Assembly: GCA_013239625.1 (NCBI GenBank)
Contig: MU054220.1
Location: forward strand, 8,095,367 to 8,159,366
Length of the DNA stretch: 64,000 nt
Source of the DNA: Lama guanicoe
Lineage: Eukaryota
Direction of reading: 5' to 3'
A program made the position numbers and the translations under genes. Under the pieces are notes generated by a model. That model did not search any database and was not told the origin of the DNA. It worked only from the letters and a program-made list of their open reading frames with translations. This document shows positions 12,664-26,498 of the stretch, in pieces (within the stretch, counting starts at the first letter, position 1; each line of letters starts with the position of its first letter).

Positions 12664-14809
12664 GTTTCCACACTTATTTTATCAGTGATGGAGACAATGA
12701 ACCACATCACCTGAACTAGAATTCCTATGGAGAAGAAGTGTGACTTCTTGATTTGGGGAGGCATCGCAGTAAAAGGAGAGGCACTAACTGAGAAGCTGAA
12801 TCTGTGAGATGTAGGACTTATCTATAACTCTCTGCAGAACCTGGAATAAATGCCTTAGCTTCAGTTCCTGCACTTGTGAAGCTGAGACATTAATCTCATA
12901 TTTAATGGGAAATCCAGTGAGCTAATGAATGATAATTAAAATTCTGCATTAGCATAATGCCATCATGAGTTTTGCCATGTTCTCATTTCACATGTATTCT
13001 TATTGCTTATTATTTTTGTTTAAATTGGATCTTTAAAAAATTAAACATTATTTTCTAAAAGGAAACTATATCACCAATATAAAGGGAAACAAGGTTGTTT
13101 TCCATAAATAGCAGATGACAAAAAATAAACACTTTGAAAACAAAGCAATGCTACAAAACCCTACCTACACACCTAAATAATCATGCCAGCTGAAGATTGT
13201 AAGCCTGAGGCTTTAGCTTTGTTAAAAGAGAGAGAGATTATAAAGAAATTGTGGTATTAAACAGAGATGTTTTCTTCAATGCAATAAGAAGGCCAGAAAA
13301 CGAAATGGAAAGTATCTTCTCAGTGATTCAGTGTTATTTAATGTTAAGGCCACAGCCCATCTAATTATCTCCTACAACAACAATTTTATGTGCCCCATAA
13401 TTTGTGAAACATTGAAGTGATAAACATAAAATGTTTAACACAGTACCTGCCAATGTATGTTCATAATTACACAAACCTAAATGGTAGTTTTACCGAATTA
13501 AGTATCTTCATCAATCTAAGTATAGCAAATTCACATAGGGGCCAACTTCCCCAATAATTCATCTTTATTTTAATAAATTCTCTGGTTAGTTTGATAGGCC
13601 AATTATTCCTCTTTCAAGCATTTGGTAAAATATAATAAGGAATGACAGCTCAGTGATTGCAACATATGTAGAAATGCTATACCTCTGTTCTGCTGAGACC
13701 ATCCACCAAATTTTTATTTTGGTTATTGTATTTTTCATCTCAAAAATTTCCTTTAGATAGATCTTTACATATTTTCTTTCTTTGCTAATAATTTCTATTT
13801 GCTGAAACTTTCTATTTTTATGTATTTATATTTTGCTTCAAGCATGTACTTAATTGTCCATTGAAACATTTTTTATAATGGTTACTTTAAAACATTTATC
13901 AGACAATTGTAATATTTCTATCATCTTGCTGCTGGCATTTATTGGTTTTTTTTTCTTCAAATCTTCCTGTTTCTTGGTATAATGCATGCCTTTTGTTCTA
14001 AACATTTTTGTACTATATTATGAGACAAGTTTTAGCCAGTGTCGAAGCAAAGACTACACCAAAGTTAAACAGGTAAGGAACATGTCACGACTATTGCGAT
14101 AGACCAGAAAGACTACAGTGCAATCTAAACTCAACTGAACTGAAAGGAAGGATGGGGGAGCTTTGAAGAGCTGGGAGGGGAGTCACATCTAAAGCCATGT
14201 AGTGTCTACGGCTTTTATTTGGGCTAAAACCAAAAACTACTTAGTGAGAGGAACTGGGAAAAGTATATGTGCCCTGTATTCCTGGAAGCAGAAATATAAT
14301 ATACTTTTATTTTTAAATGAATAGTTCTTATTAGCTTCAACTGACCGTTTTGGTTTGGAAGGCCAAAACTGCGTCTCTTCATTGACCTAATTTGTGCTGC
14401 TGCTGTAGACCCAAGCATTACACAGTTTTTTTCGTTTGTTTGTTTTTTGTTTTTCATGAATGCCAAATATTGTTCTTCAGTGCATCAAAAATCCCTTGTT
14501 ATACTCTTGATTTTATGTGACAGAATTTTAAGCACATTGGCAAAATAGGTAACTAGTTATCACATTGTGTAAGTTCTTAAATTTGCCACCTACTGAATCT
14601 TTAATATTGGTCAAGTTGCTATATGTCATATAACTTCTATTTCCTTATACAAAAAACTGAAAAATAATACCGAACTCACAGGTTGCTGGAAATACCAGAT
14701 ATGATGATCCATGTGAATTTTTCAGCACGTTATATCGTGAATACAAATGCTAAACTGTTATTATTATATAACTTGCTTCATTCTTTCTTTTGTGCCTTTA
14801 CTTATATAC

Positions 14810-16150
14810 AATTTTTAATTTTTATTTTATTTTCATTTTTTAATTTTTTTACATTTTTTATTGAGTTATAGTCATTCTACAATGTTGTGTCAAATTCCAG
14901 TGTAGAGCACAATTTTTCAGTTATACATGAACATATATATATATATTCATTGTCACACTGTTTTCTCTGTGAGCTACCACATGATCTTGTATATATTTCC
15001 CTGGGCTATACAGTATAATCTTGTTTATCTATTCTACATTTTGAAATCCCAGCCTCTCACTTCCCGTCCCCACCCCCTTGTCAACCACAAGTTTGTATTC
15101 TATGTCTATGAGCCTGTTTCTCTTTTGTTTTTGTGTTCTTTTTTTTTTTTTAAGATTCCACATATGAGCGATCTCATATGGTATTTTTCTTTCTCTTTCT
15201 GGCTTACTTCACTTAGAATGACATTCTTCAGAAGCATCCATGTCGCTGCAAATGGCATTATGTTGTCAGTTTTTATGGCTGAATAGTATTCCATTGTATA
15301 CATGTACCACCTCTTCTTTATCCAGTCATCTGTTGATGGACATTTAGGCTGTTTCCATGTCTTGGCTATTGTAAATAGTGCTGCTATGAACACTGGGGTG
15401 CAGGTGTCTTTCTGAAGTAGGGTTCCTTCTGGATATATGCCCAGGAATGGGATTACTGGGTCATATGGTCAGTCTATTTCTAGTCTTTTGAGGAATCTCC
15501 ATACAGTTTTCCACAGTGGCTGCACCAAACTCAATACTCACTGGCAGTGTAGGATGGTTCCCTTTCATTCACAGCCTCTCCAACATTTGCCACTTGTGGC
15601 TTTTTGAATGATGGCCATTCTGACTGGTGTGAGATGATACCTCATTGTAGTTTTGATTTTCATTTCTCTGATAATTAGTGAAATTGGGCATTTTTTCGTG
15701 TGTCTATTGATCATTTGTATGTCTTCCTTGGAGGATTGCTTGTTTAGGTCTTCTGCCTGTTTTTGGATTGGGTTGTTTATTTTCTTCTTAGTGAGTCATA
15801 TGAACTACTTCTATATTCTGGAGATCAAGCCTTTGTTGGTTTCATTTGCAAAATTTTTTTTCACATTCCGTCGTTTATCTTTCTGTTTTCCTTAAGGTTT
15901 CATTTGCTGTGCAGAAGCTTATAAGTTTCATTCGGTCCCATTTGTTTATTCTTGCTTTTATTTCTATTGCTTCGGTAGACTGCCATAGGAGAACATTTTT
16001 GAGATGGATGTCAGATAATGTTTTGCCTATATTTTCTTCTAGGAAGTTTATTGTATCTTGTCTTATGGTTAAGCCTTTGATCCATCTTGAGTTTATTTTT
16101 GTGTATGGTGTAAGGGAGTGTTCTAGCTTCATTGCTTTACATGCTGCTGT
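14810..16150 (-). mobile_element. Young lineage-specific 5'-truncated LINE-1
   Basis: ORF2 C-terminus translates cleanly (MFIAALFTIAKTWKQPKCPSTDDWIKK...; HSLTPYTKINSRWIK...). The 3'UTR and T-rich tail lie at the left end. Confidence 0.95.
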
Positions 16151-16249
16151 AATTATATATGCTTTTGAATTAGCAATTTGACCTAAGAATGAAAAGGAAA
16201 GTTTCAGGAAAATACAAGTGTATAATATGGACAGATGATTTACACTTAC

Positions 16250-16395
16250 ATGTAACAAACTAAAACACATTGGCCGGTGGAGGTAAGTTATTTATAAGGG
16301 TAGAAATGTGTAATATGAACAAGACAATTTTAAAAAGAAATCTGTCTCAGAGAGAAAAGACTCCATGCATGAGAGGGATTATCAGTTACTTTATC
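16250..16395 (-). pseudogene. Candidate exon (146 nt) supplying the start of the RGS-like domain
   Basis: Acceptor cttcctttcatttgttatttgtag, donor CAT|GTAAGT. Ends ...ITYLHRPMCFSLLH in phase 0. Confidence 0.6.
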
Positions 16396-17149
16396 CTACA
16401 AATAACAAATGAAAGGAAGTTTGGGATGCGGCCCATATACCAGAAGGCAAAAATTCACTAATACTGGATAAGTTCATTGTCTTAATGACATTTTTACATT
16501 GGCAAACAGTCTCTTCCAGTAAAAAAAAAAAAAAATACATAAATAAATAAATACTGACATGTTGTGCACTGATGTGAATTAGGGATGGAGATAATTTATA
16601 ATTCTACATATTTTAGTATTCTAGGCACTGAATAATCATTTGTTTACATGCCTATTTTTATAATATGAAAAGTGATCACGCCAAAATTTAGAGCCTTCCT
16701 TCTTTTTGCCTAGCATGCTATCTGACATAAAGAAGCACTTCATAATTTTTGTGGCCTGAAACACAAGGGCCTTCGCATGACTTTATTTTTCAGCATTTCC
16801 CAAATTTCTCTTCACTTTTTTCTTAATCACTGTGCATTTCATTTTTAGTAGTTTGGCAGAGTCCATTCACCACTCCCTTCACATCCCACATGGGTCCTTC
16901 CCTTTGCGGTTTAACATGCAGCTTATATAAACCCAGAGGTGAGTTTGTGAAACTTCTCTTTCCTTGCAGTGATGTCCCTAATTCTTTGGCTCACCCATAC
17001 TCTACAGGAATGTCCTTTCCGTTCTTGCTCTCCAATCACCTAAAATGCACTATCTGTTGCAATCTTTCTAAGCTGCTTCTGATCTACGCACATGAGTTGG
17101 ATTCACTGAGGACTCCGGCTGGCACAAATCACTCCCCTTGTCCCCACCC

Positions 17150-17564
17150 CAGGATCCCTTTTAGTCTCTTCTCTTTCCTCTTTGTCCTGTGAACACCATT
17201 GTGGAGACTGAGCGGAGCAAGTGGGGAGAGTGACAAAAACACAAAACTCTCTTCACTGCTCCCTGAGGAGCTTTTGCTGAGCAGAGGGGATCTCTGCTGT
17301 CATTCCTGAAAACACATCTTAATGTTCTCTTTCTCAGTATTGCCAACACAGAGTTTTGAAAATACTTTCTGAAATGCCTCTGAAACTCATACAGAGAAAA
17401 GTGCCTCCTCTCATCACCCAGTGGTAGAGACCACCCTGCCAGAACCAGTTGCTGACCCCACCGCTGCCACTGTGCAGAGAGCTGCTTCTGTCACGGCCCC
17501 TGTACCAGCCTGAGTTTCTTAACTATTGGTGCTTCCAGGACCTGTAAAACTCATGCCCTGAAGC
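17150..17564 (-). pseudogene. Candidate large exon (3' boundary uncertain)
   Basis: Acceptor tctttttcttttactgtcag. About 130 codons in phase 1 are interrupted only by two TGA. GC-richer than the flanks. No clear donor. Confidence 0.45.
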
Positions 17565-18393
17565 CTGACAGTAAAAGAAAAAGATGTCAACACTCTTGAA
17601 TGTTCTCATCCAGTACATTCCTATATGCTGAAAGAATGGTTAGGGGGGAAAAAAACAGAAACAAAAACAAATCTCCCTGCTTAAAAAGAAAAAAAAATTG
17701 TAAAAAATCAAGCCGTATGGTATTAGTCTAAAATCCCATCTTATCTGCAAGTGTTACCTATATCCATATAAAATATACATGATGACTCAATCTCACCTAC
17801 ATAGCATGTATCTTGATTGGCTGGAACAAGTAATATAACCAAGGACTGAACAAAGAGAGAGTGGGAAGCTCACATAAGTTCTAAACTGTCAAATTTAAAT
17901 TCCTTACATATAAGCAGATAAAGCTGAGGGAATGGAAAGAGACCTCCCTCACAATAATCTCTCTCCCCCACATCCTATTTATTTTAAGCCTTAGAGTTTG
18001 AATAGTTACACACAGATTCTACTGGCTCTCATCTTCCTTTACTTCCCAGCATAATGAAAAAGGCCTCAGGGCATCTATAAGGACAAGTGCAGCAATGACC
18101 TCGTAGTTGCAAAATCCAGGATCACCTCTGTAGTCAGCACGCTACCTGATCTCCCCAAATCAATTGTCACTGAGGGCATTCCTCCTTATTTAAAAAGGAG
18201 AAATTTAAAACTGAAAGTCTGATTACTACAGTAGGTAAATTGAGAGAGTAAAATTCATTTTATTTTACAAATTACTATTTTAAGTGTGTTCATTATAAAG
18301 GAAGAGTAGTAGCATATACATCACATGGGCGTGTGGATGAAAAGCACTGGCATTTATTAACCACCCACTGTATGCCCAGAATTATACTGGCAA

Positions 18394-20709
18394 GTGACAG
18401 ATTACGTTTAAAGATGACTTCTAAGAATTTCTTTGGTCTGCATGCACATAACATAACCCCATCAATATAGATGGATGGGGTATTTTCCGCTAGAGTTTAA
18501 GCTAGCCTTTTGGCTATCTTTCACCCATAGAATGCAGTGAAGAATGTACTCAGCCAGATCTGGACTCACGTCTCCAGACCACTAGCAGCTTCTGCCTTAA
18601 CCCTTTTGGAATCTGGCTGTTATGTTCTAAAGAAGCTTTACCACTGAATAGTGAAAGAATATGTAGAGAGAGTCCTTATCAGATACCAGACGTTCCATTT
18701 ACCCCATACTACATACGTGACGAAAGCCATCTTACATGTTCCAGCATCAACTCTGCTCCTAGATAAATGCACCGGTCACTAAATAGCTAAGTGACCACAG
18801 CCAACATGAAACTGAGCTGAACACCTACCCATCAGAGTCTTATCTTCCTATAGGACGAGGAGAAAGGATAAATTATAGTTGCTTTCAGTAACTAAATATT
18901 TGGTGGTTATTTACTCAGTCATATACAAATGAGACAGACAGTGCCACCTGGAAATGAACAGTAGCATTATGAAACTTAAAATATGTGGTACTGGCTTAGA
19001 ACCAGGTGGATGGAAGAGGTTGGATGGGTAATAAAGAGACTGTTGATGGAGAATGGAGAAGCAATCAGGTGGCTGCACAAGGAGGCTGCATGAGGGAAAC
19101 CCAGTTCTGTGTATCAATGGGAAAATGGCAGAATTGCTGACTGAGTTAGCACATGATATAGAAAATGCACCTCACTGAGGACATACATTTGCAGAATGTC
19201 AGAAGTACCAATTGAATTTACTGTGTATCAGAAAACATAAGAATAGAATGATGTTCTAGAGAAGGAAATATTCAGTGTTGAAAAAGAATTCAGAGAAAAC
19301 ATCTCTGTCTTAGGACTTTCCAGGTTGGAAAATTAGTATTTTTTCTAATCCCCAGCCTCAAAGACAGAAATAGCCTCATGCAAAGATCAAATGGAGGGCA
19401 CCGCCCGTAATAAGATCAAACCAAGGGTTCTTCTGTAAGACCTCTTTTTAAAACCTCAGAAAGACTTCAAGAATTTCATACTGCATTCTCCCAGCATGAA
19501 AAAATGTCTTCTAAGAATACAAAGGGCAAAGTCCAGTAGAACCATGGCTGCTTGCAGCCCAAAGTTGAGAAGGACTGGTCTTGAAGACAGTGTAGTTATG
19601 GCTTTTACCTAATGAAGTGAAATATCATTTGATGCATTAACTTAATACAAAGTTATCAGAGTACTTGTCCTAGCTTTGACTAAAGGAGACTAAGACACTT
19701 CAAAGTGGAAAAAAGGCTTCTGGCCACCAACTGTTTAGCATCAGGAAGAAAAAGCAACTCGGCAGCAAATAGAAGCTGTTTCTTATGATACAGGAATGGC
19801 ATCTCAGAGGATGGGGCCAATGCCTGTGGTGAGCCACGGATTAGTCATTCATTCTCACAGGCCAGAACTGGGTGTTATTCAAAGAACATTTCCTGTTTGC
19901 AGAAGTAGCAGGCTCTGCAAGCAAGTGCCGGCAGGACTCTGAATTGCTTTCGGGCAGAAATTGTGGGCTGACTATTCTTCCTGACTTTGAAAAAGAGTAT
20001 CTCTACTGTCCTCTCCCCGTTTCATGAGTAATGGTAGGTACAGATAACTAGTCTTTTAGTTACCAGTTCTCTAGAGGAACTGGACGTGCACCCAGGAAGC
20101 CTCATCCAAACCCAGTCCTGATGCAGATCACAAGATATGGACTTTGAGTCTAATGCTATAATGAAATATATTTTGGGGAGGTATTGGAAGGTGGTAGATT
20201 TTACTGTGATTGGATCCTAGAAATTTGACCTTTTCCAGGACTGCCTGCCTTCCTCTCCCATCAAGGGGTGATTCTACTTCTCTTATGAATGATCATGGGT
20301 CTTATGACTTGTCGGACAGATAAAATGCAACAGATGTGACACGCAGAAAGTTCCATCTGTGGGCTTTAAAAGGTACAGGTCCACCATTTTTGTCCTTTTG
20401 TTAGTGAGCTTCATGTAAAAATGTTAAGACTCTTCTTCTGGAAAGGCCACAGAGACACAGAGGTTCAGCATGTTCCTGCTCCTGCCAGTTCCAGCAGTCT
20501 CACCAAGCGTGCCAGACATGTGAGTGAGGCTATCTATCTTGTATCCTACAACTCAACTCAACCCGCCCCGGCCAGTATCACATGGAGTAGAGAAGATTCA
20601 CTCCTACTGAGCCCTGTCCAAGTTGTGTAGTCATGAGCAATAAACTGTAGTTGTTTGAAGTCACTAAGCTTTGTGGTGGTTTGTTACACAGCAGTAGATA
20701 ACTGGTACA
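18394..20709 (+). mobile_element. MLT1-type MaLR provirus (LTR-internal-LTR)
   Basis: LTR ~18394-18935, internal ~18935-20190, LTR ~20190-20709 ending gtggtttgttacacagcagtagataactggtaca. Flanks are ggcaa / ggcat. Confidence 0.75.
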
Positions 20710-21072
20710 GGCATTTTATATGTAGTCTCTCTTTTTATTCCCAAACAAAACAATCTTCTAAAATAGCCTTTCATATGTCACATCACCTTCTCCTCTTACA
20801 CTACACCACTGTTCCAATGAAAATATTCATAGGTTCAGATCACTAAACCAATATGAAGATATTGTACTTAAATAACCTAAATTAGCACCTCATACTCCAC
20901 TTGGCTATGGGTGTTCCTACACTGACGATGCCATTTGACCTTTAAGTTCTTGGAGAGACACCTATTTGTCTAAGTTAATTTCAAGGCAGGCTACATGAAG
21001 TCAAGAGAATTAACTATGTGACCTTTGGAGCTCCCTTCCAGCTGTACGATACTATGATTAATGCTGGCTCAC

Positions 21073-21182
21073 CTGCTTTCATGGCAGTATCTAATGGTGT
21101 TAACTCAACTTATGAAAAATCTTATCCTGCAGTGCTCTTTTATAACTACGATAGTTAGAAAAATTAGGAGGCTTACATTTTC
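21073..21182 (-). pseudogene. Candidate exon (110 nt)
   Basis: Acceptor tttctgtttctttattcttgaaag, donor CAG|GTGAGC. Reading frame ambiguous or frameshifted. Confidence 0.5.
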
Positions 21183-22277
21183 CTTTCAAGAATAAAGAAA
21201 CAGAAATGGCAGAGGCGTGGCATATCAAAATGTAGCAACAAGAAGTATACACTGTGAGTGCAACTCAGAGTTCCTAATGAGTAATCAGTACATATATGAA
21301 CATAAATTAGCCCGTTTCCTTAAACAAAGTACCACCTTTACCATCTCTAAAGTTAGATCATGGCAGTGCTGTAGGACACAGTTTTAAGGATTGTTCTTAG
21401 TACCTCATGGCTGAAACTGTGCTAGGTACCACTGACAATGTCAAAAGATCAAAACACCATCTTCGATTGGCTGGAAAGATGTGTCTCATTACCTAGAATT
21501 TATAAATCACTGAAAAAAATTTTTTTCTCTAATTCCTTAATTAAGAACACTTTAGCAAAAACTTCAGACACTACCAGGTTAGCTTAGTGGCTCCATCTTG
21601 GGTATTTAATGGCTAGGGAGTGACTTTAGAATATAATTACAATAATAATGAGAGCGACAATATTGACAGTGCCTAATTTGAGGGTGTTCTTTGCATTTTC
21701 AAGGAACTGTCCTTTTATTCTCACCACTTCCCAATGAGATAAAAGGACAAAAAATGAAGTTTTGAAGATATGAGAAAAGAAACATACAAAAATGTTCTAA
21801 TTTTTTGGTGTCATACAGCTAATTACTGAGACATTATATATATATATATTTTTAAATTAGTTTTAGCATTATTCATTCTCATTACTTTGTAATGGTGAAT
21901 GGAATGTATCCAATTACTCTACTGGTTAAACTCTAAAAATAAAAATCATTTCCATGGTACAAATCTTAATGACTTTTTACAGATTACACTACAAATTAGT
22001 CTATAGTTCAATAATTAGAATATTTATATTTATCTTTAACCACCAGTAACATACACATCAAATTTTTTCCAATCTAATTGTAGTTTGCACAAGGTAAATA
22101 AGGTACTATAGTACCACTGGCAGTCCTGGAATTAACAAAGCATTTCTTTTAATGTATCTCTGTTAATAATTAATAAAGATAAAAGGGAAGTATTAACAAT
22201 AGTATAGCATTTTGAAAAAGATTAGATGACTAAGAAATGTTCTGATTTTGAGCTCATTACGAGAAGTGTGCAGGAGC

Positions 22278-22752
22278 ACATAGGGTGTGCAACCTAGAAT
22301 GCTGTACAGAGTCCTGTTCTAGAAGCGTCCCACGCTTCTTTTAATCCTCAGTTGTCATTATTTCATTCTGTTCAAGCTGCTATAACAAAATACCACACTG
22401 CGTAGTTTATAAACAACAGGAATCTACTGGAAGGCTGCAAGCCCAAGATCAGGGTGCAGCGTGGCAGGGTGGGGGCCTTCCTGAGGGTGGGAAGAGGCAA
22501 GGGAGCTCTCCGGAGCCTCTTTCTGAAGAGCACTAATCTCATGCATGAGGACTCTGCCCTCATGATCTAACCACCTCCCAGCGGCCCCGTTTCCCAGTAC
22601 CACCACACTGGGCATTGGATTCAGCACATGAATTTTGGGGAATCACAGCTTTCAGACTCCAGCAGTAATCATATCGAATTCCAAATTAGTGTGAACAAGA
22701 GGGTTGCACTTTCATTTTGCACTGGGTCCCACAAATCGTCTCGATGGTTCTG
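22278..22752. mobile_element. MER91-like hAT element split by an MLT1A-like LTR
   Basis: Contains ttcattttgcactgggtcccacaaat, typical of MER91. The two halves flank 22359-22664. Confidence 0.6.
22359..22664 (-). mobile_element. MLT1A-like MaLR solo LTR
   Basis: gctgctataacaaaatacca...catgaattttgggg; 5-bp TSD gtcat / gtaat. Confidence 0.8.
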
Positions 22753-22933
22753 TGAGGATTGTTTATGTGCAGCGTTTTCTAGTTAACAAACACTTTCACA
22801 ACTGTGAATTCATATGGCCCCAAATAATAATTCTGAAGTCCATGAGGACAGGAATTATTTCCCGAGCATATTTAGGTTCCTTGAAAATAAGTAGCAGGGA
22901 GTAACCTGATTGATTTCAGCATAAATATCATAC

Positions 22934-23110
22934 CTCTGGGGAAAGGCATGGTATCCAGCACAGGATTGGAGGAATCACTCAGTCTTTGGGAAAGACAGGA
23001 GATAGGGTATCTTTCGACATCACAGTATCAGCGACTAGTGCACCTTTTCCTACGGTGCTCCCAGTTACTCATTACTCTTGCCCGGAGTGTATCCCAACAG
23101 ATTAAAATCC
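22934..23110 (-). pseudogene. Candidate exon (177 nt)
   Basis: Branch point CTAAC plus tcttactttctag acceptor, donor GAG|GTATGA. Locally higher GC and CpG. All frames contain at least one stop. Confidence 0.6.
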
Positions 23111-23740
23111 CTAGAAAGTAAGAGTTAGAGAATGAGAGAAAGAATTCAGGTGCCTTAGCAAGGTCTACATGTAGCAAGATGCACGGGTCTCAACAGTATA
23201 AGAACCACTGGGATCAAAAGACAAGAAGATGGAAAATTCACCCAGAAAATTACTGAGCGGATGAAAGCAGTAGAGGTATATTATATTTCACTGTTAAAGA
23301 TAAGGAAATAAGAGTTCAAATGAAGCATTTTGGTAAAAGTGTCATTTGTTGTAAGTAACAGAACTGGGACTGGTACCCATATCTTTGTATATATATTTTT
23401 TCACATGCCACTATGAGATTTTTGCATACACCTTCAATAGAAGCAGTCTTTTTTTTTAATGGGGAAAGTGTTTGTAAATATGTAAAGAACCAAGTAAAGT
23501 GGATTGCACAATTTCTTCAAAAGTAGTAGTTTCATTAATGTGTTTAGACCATAGTGCTGTACTTAAAACAGTTTGGAATTTATGAATGGGGAGTTTATCT
23601 AAAGTAACAGGTACAGTAGGGTTCAACGGTTATCCCAAAATTACATGCTCTCTTTTGCAGGATTTGCAAATTTGTTGATTTGTTTATAAGTCTAGGTTAT
23701 ACTGGACACAATTAGAGAGAAAGCAACCAAAATCCATCCC

Positions 23741-24005
23741 TGCTCTAGACTGAATGTTTGTGTCCTGCCTAAAGTTAGAATGCTGAAATCTGCCCCCCCG
23801 TGTAATGGTGTTTGGAGGTAGGTTCAGGAGGCAATGAGGGTGGAGTGATTGCACATGAGGGTGAAGCCCTTATGAATGAGATTAATGACCTTATAAAAGA
23901 AATACCAAAGAATCTCCTTACCACTTCTTCCGTGTGAGGACACAGGATGTGCAATTTTAAGCCAATCAGTCTACGGTATACGGTGCCTAGAGCTGCTTTG
24001 ATACA
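23741..24005 (+). mobile_element. MLT1A/B-like LTR
   Basis: tgctctagactgaatgtttgtgtcc...gagggtgaagcccttatgaatgagattaatgaccttataaaaga. Confidence 0.75.
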
Positions 24006-24035
24006 GAGGCCTTAGAATGGCGTGATTTCTTAGCT

Positions 24036-24600
24036 ACTCATTCAACCATTCCTTTCTCTAACAAATATTACTGAATACTTTCCAGGTGACCAGTGATACT
24101 CTATTTCCTGGAGGTAAAACAGTGCACCATGGAACTTCTATTTGTAGGAGAAGACAGATAATAAGCAAATGCAAAAACATGATAATTTCAAACAATGAGA
24201 AGTCCTGGGGAGAGTATACAACAGTATAATGTGACAGAGGGTGACTGGAAGTGTACAAGTGGTCAGAGAAGCCTTTCCTGAGCAAGTCACATCTCAGCTG
24301 AGATCTAGACTATGACAAGAAATCAGACCTATAAGGTTTGAGAGTGGGGAAGAACAAGTGCAAAGGCCCTGAGGCAGAAATGAGCTTGCAGTGTTTGAGG
24401 AACTGAGGAAAGACTTAGTGGTTGAAGCACAGTGATGGAGGGGAGAGCCACAGGACGTGGGATGGGAGGCCTACACATGGCTTCACCATGTAAGATCACT
24501 TAATGTGCAGTGAAGAATCTGGATCCTACTTTAAGAATCATTCACTGAAGAGTTTTAAGAAGATTCACAGTATTACTTTACTCACATTTTAACCATTTAT
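24036..24600 (-). mobile_element. L2 fragment
   Basis: cattcaacc...aacaaatattactgaatact...aagtgcaaaggccctgaggcag. Confidence 0.75.
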
Positions 24601-25072
24601 CTGGGCTTTTAGAACAACTGAATTTTGTAGCTGTATTATAATTCTCTCAAAACCACAAAATGATCAAAAATATACATGACCATATTGGCAAATCCTTCTG
24701 ATGCCTAAAGGGACTTTATTGAATCTGCTGTAGCTCAAACCTCTTGCCTCTAGGACTTCCAGATTTGGCCACGGAAATCTCAGTACTAGGTACATTTTTC
24801 ACTGTCAAAACTATGGTTACTTATTTTTTGTTTTTCATTAAGGACAAAATGTTTAATTTAGATAGTAACAGTTTCAGAAAGATTTAGTAATACATGGCAA
24901 TGTATTCATAAAGAATATTGACAATTTTCAAAGTATCATCTTTGTTTACACACCTATTAGGTCCAGACATCAAATCAGAAGCAGTGGAAGGAAAACAGAT
25001 CAAATCATTTCCTCTACCTCAGAAAACATGCAATTTATTAGAAAAATAATATGTTTCTGAATAAATTATTAC

Positions 25073-25195
25073 ATCATGGAAATGTGCAAGAAGAGCCTTA
25101 GGGTGACACTCATTTCGTTGTCATTCAGAATGGCAGAATGGCATTTCTGTTGAGCAGTGGAGAGGACCAGCCAGAGGTGGTGGGAACAAAGGGAA
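25073..25195 (-). pseudogene. Candidate exon (123 nt)
   Basis: Strong acceptor ctttttactttgctgtttcttatatag, donor GAT|GTAATA. Open frame SLCSHHLWLVLSTAQQKCHSAILNDNEMSVTLRLFLHISM. Confidence 0.55.
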
Positions 25196-25599
25196 CTATA
25201 TAAGAAACAGCAAAGTAAAAAGTGACACAAATGGTCCAAGAGCACAGGGAACCAAGTCTGGCTAGAATATTTAATCAATACATGTCAGAGGTTCATGGAA
25301 AGAACATATTTGAAATTAACAATCTATGGTTTGTTTGTATTAAATCAAGTTCTGACATTAATTATGAAAATGATTTTCTCTGACTTTAATTTCTTTCTTA
25401 TTAAAACAGAGTCATTGGCCTTGCCAAATCCCAGGTTAAAAAAAGAACAGAAAAAAAAAAAAACCGAATTCTCTAACTCATAGATTTAGCTTGCCCACTT
25501 GGAACTAATTCTTCAGACTGCAGTCAAGTCAGGACACCATTTGGATTCTGTCCCCTTTCAGGTGACATAAGAGAACTAGGACTCTGCTTGCTACTCTTC

Positions 25600-26000
25600 T
25601 TCCTCCTTTCCTGGCCACGTCTCGAACGACTCTCCCCTAGCTCTCTCTAAATCAGATGGATGATTCTCAAAGACTAATATTCACATCATGCGCCCTCTGA
25701 TCCTTGTGTCTGAAATACTTTTCTCTCCTCCTTTCTTAACTCCTACAGGTCATTTAATTCCTTGTTCATATTTATACCAAAGTCCTCTTTGTAAGCTTTA
25801 GTAGCACCGTGTCACTTTCATTCATAGCACAACAGCTGCACCTTTGCAGCTAGTTGAATGGAACTCACTCACCTCTACATCCTCCACTACGCTGATGGTC
25901 CATGAAGATAACAGCGACATCTATGTTTGCTCACTGTGTTATTCCAGCACCTTATTTGTGCCTAGAAAGTTTACACTGAATGGATGAATGACTGAATCAA
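25600..26000 (+). mobile_element. L2 3' end
   Basis: Ends with a tgaatggatgaatgactgaa tail. Confidence 0.6.
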
Positions 26001-26498
26001 ACAATGGTAAGAAATTAATGATGACAGCTAAAATGAAAAGAATGGGTATAAAGTCTCTTTATGTTAGTGTCTTCCTCCTGAGATTCTAATTCTCTACCAT
26101 TGTCTTGATAATACTAATGGTTTCCTTTAGCTTCTCTCCAGACAACAATGCAGACACGCGTAAGAACTTGGAACTACTACTCAGAAATAACATCATCATA
26201 ATAGTCATTATTCTCAAAATCACTTTTCTTTATTATCATCATCATTCTGGTCACTGCCATCATCATCATCATCACTACCAGAATTACAAGTGCACCTCTG
26301 TTCAGTACTTTAACACCATGGAAATTAAAAGCATGTATACATAAAGAGTCAAGTATATTTTCCATGAATAAGCAGGATTAGTGACCAGATGAAGGGCAAG
26401 AAAGTGTAAATCTGCAGAATTTATTCATGGCTTGCGATATCATGTGAAAAATTCAGCTTTGAAAGGGAGCAATAAAATTTGCATTTTTGAATTGGTAC

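Noticed and set aside
15106..16270. 95-aa and 131-aa ORFs as genes
   Set aside because: They are LINE-1 ORF2 fragments.
21403..21491. Additional pseudo-exon candidates (also ~24680-24785 and ~348-485)
   Set aside because: Splice sites are weak or the frame is uninterpretable, so they cannot be distinguished from chance.
26105..26344. His-rich ORF
   Set aside because: It is produced by a (CAT)n microsatellite.
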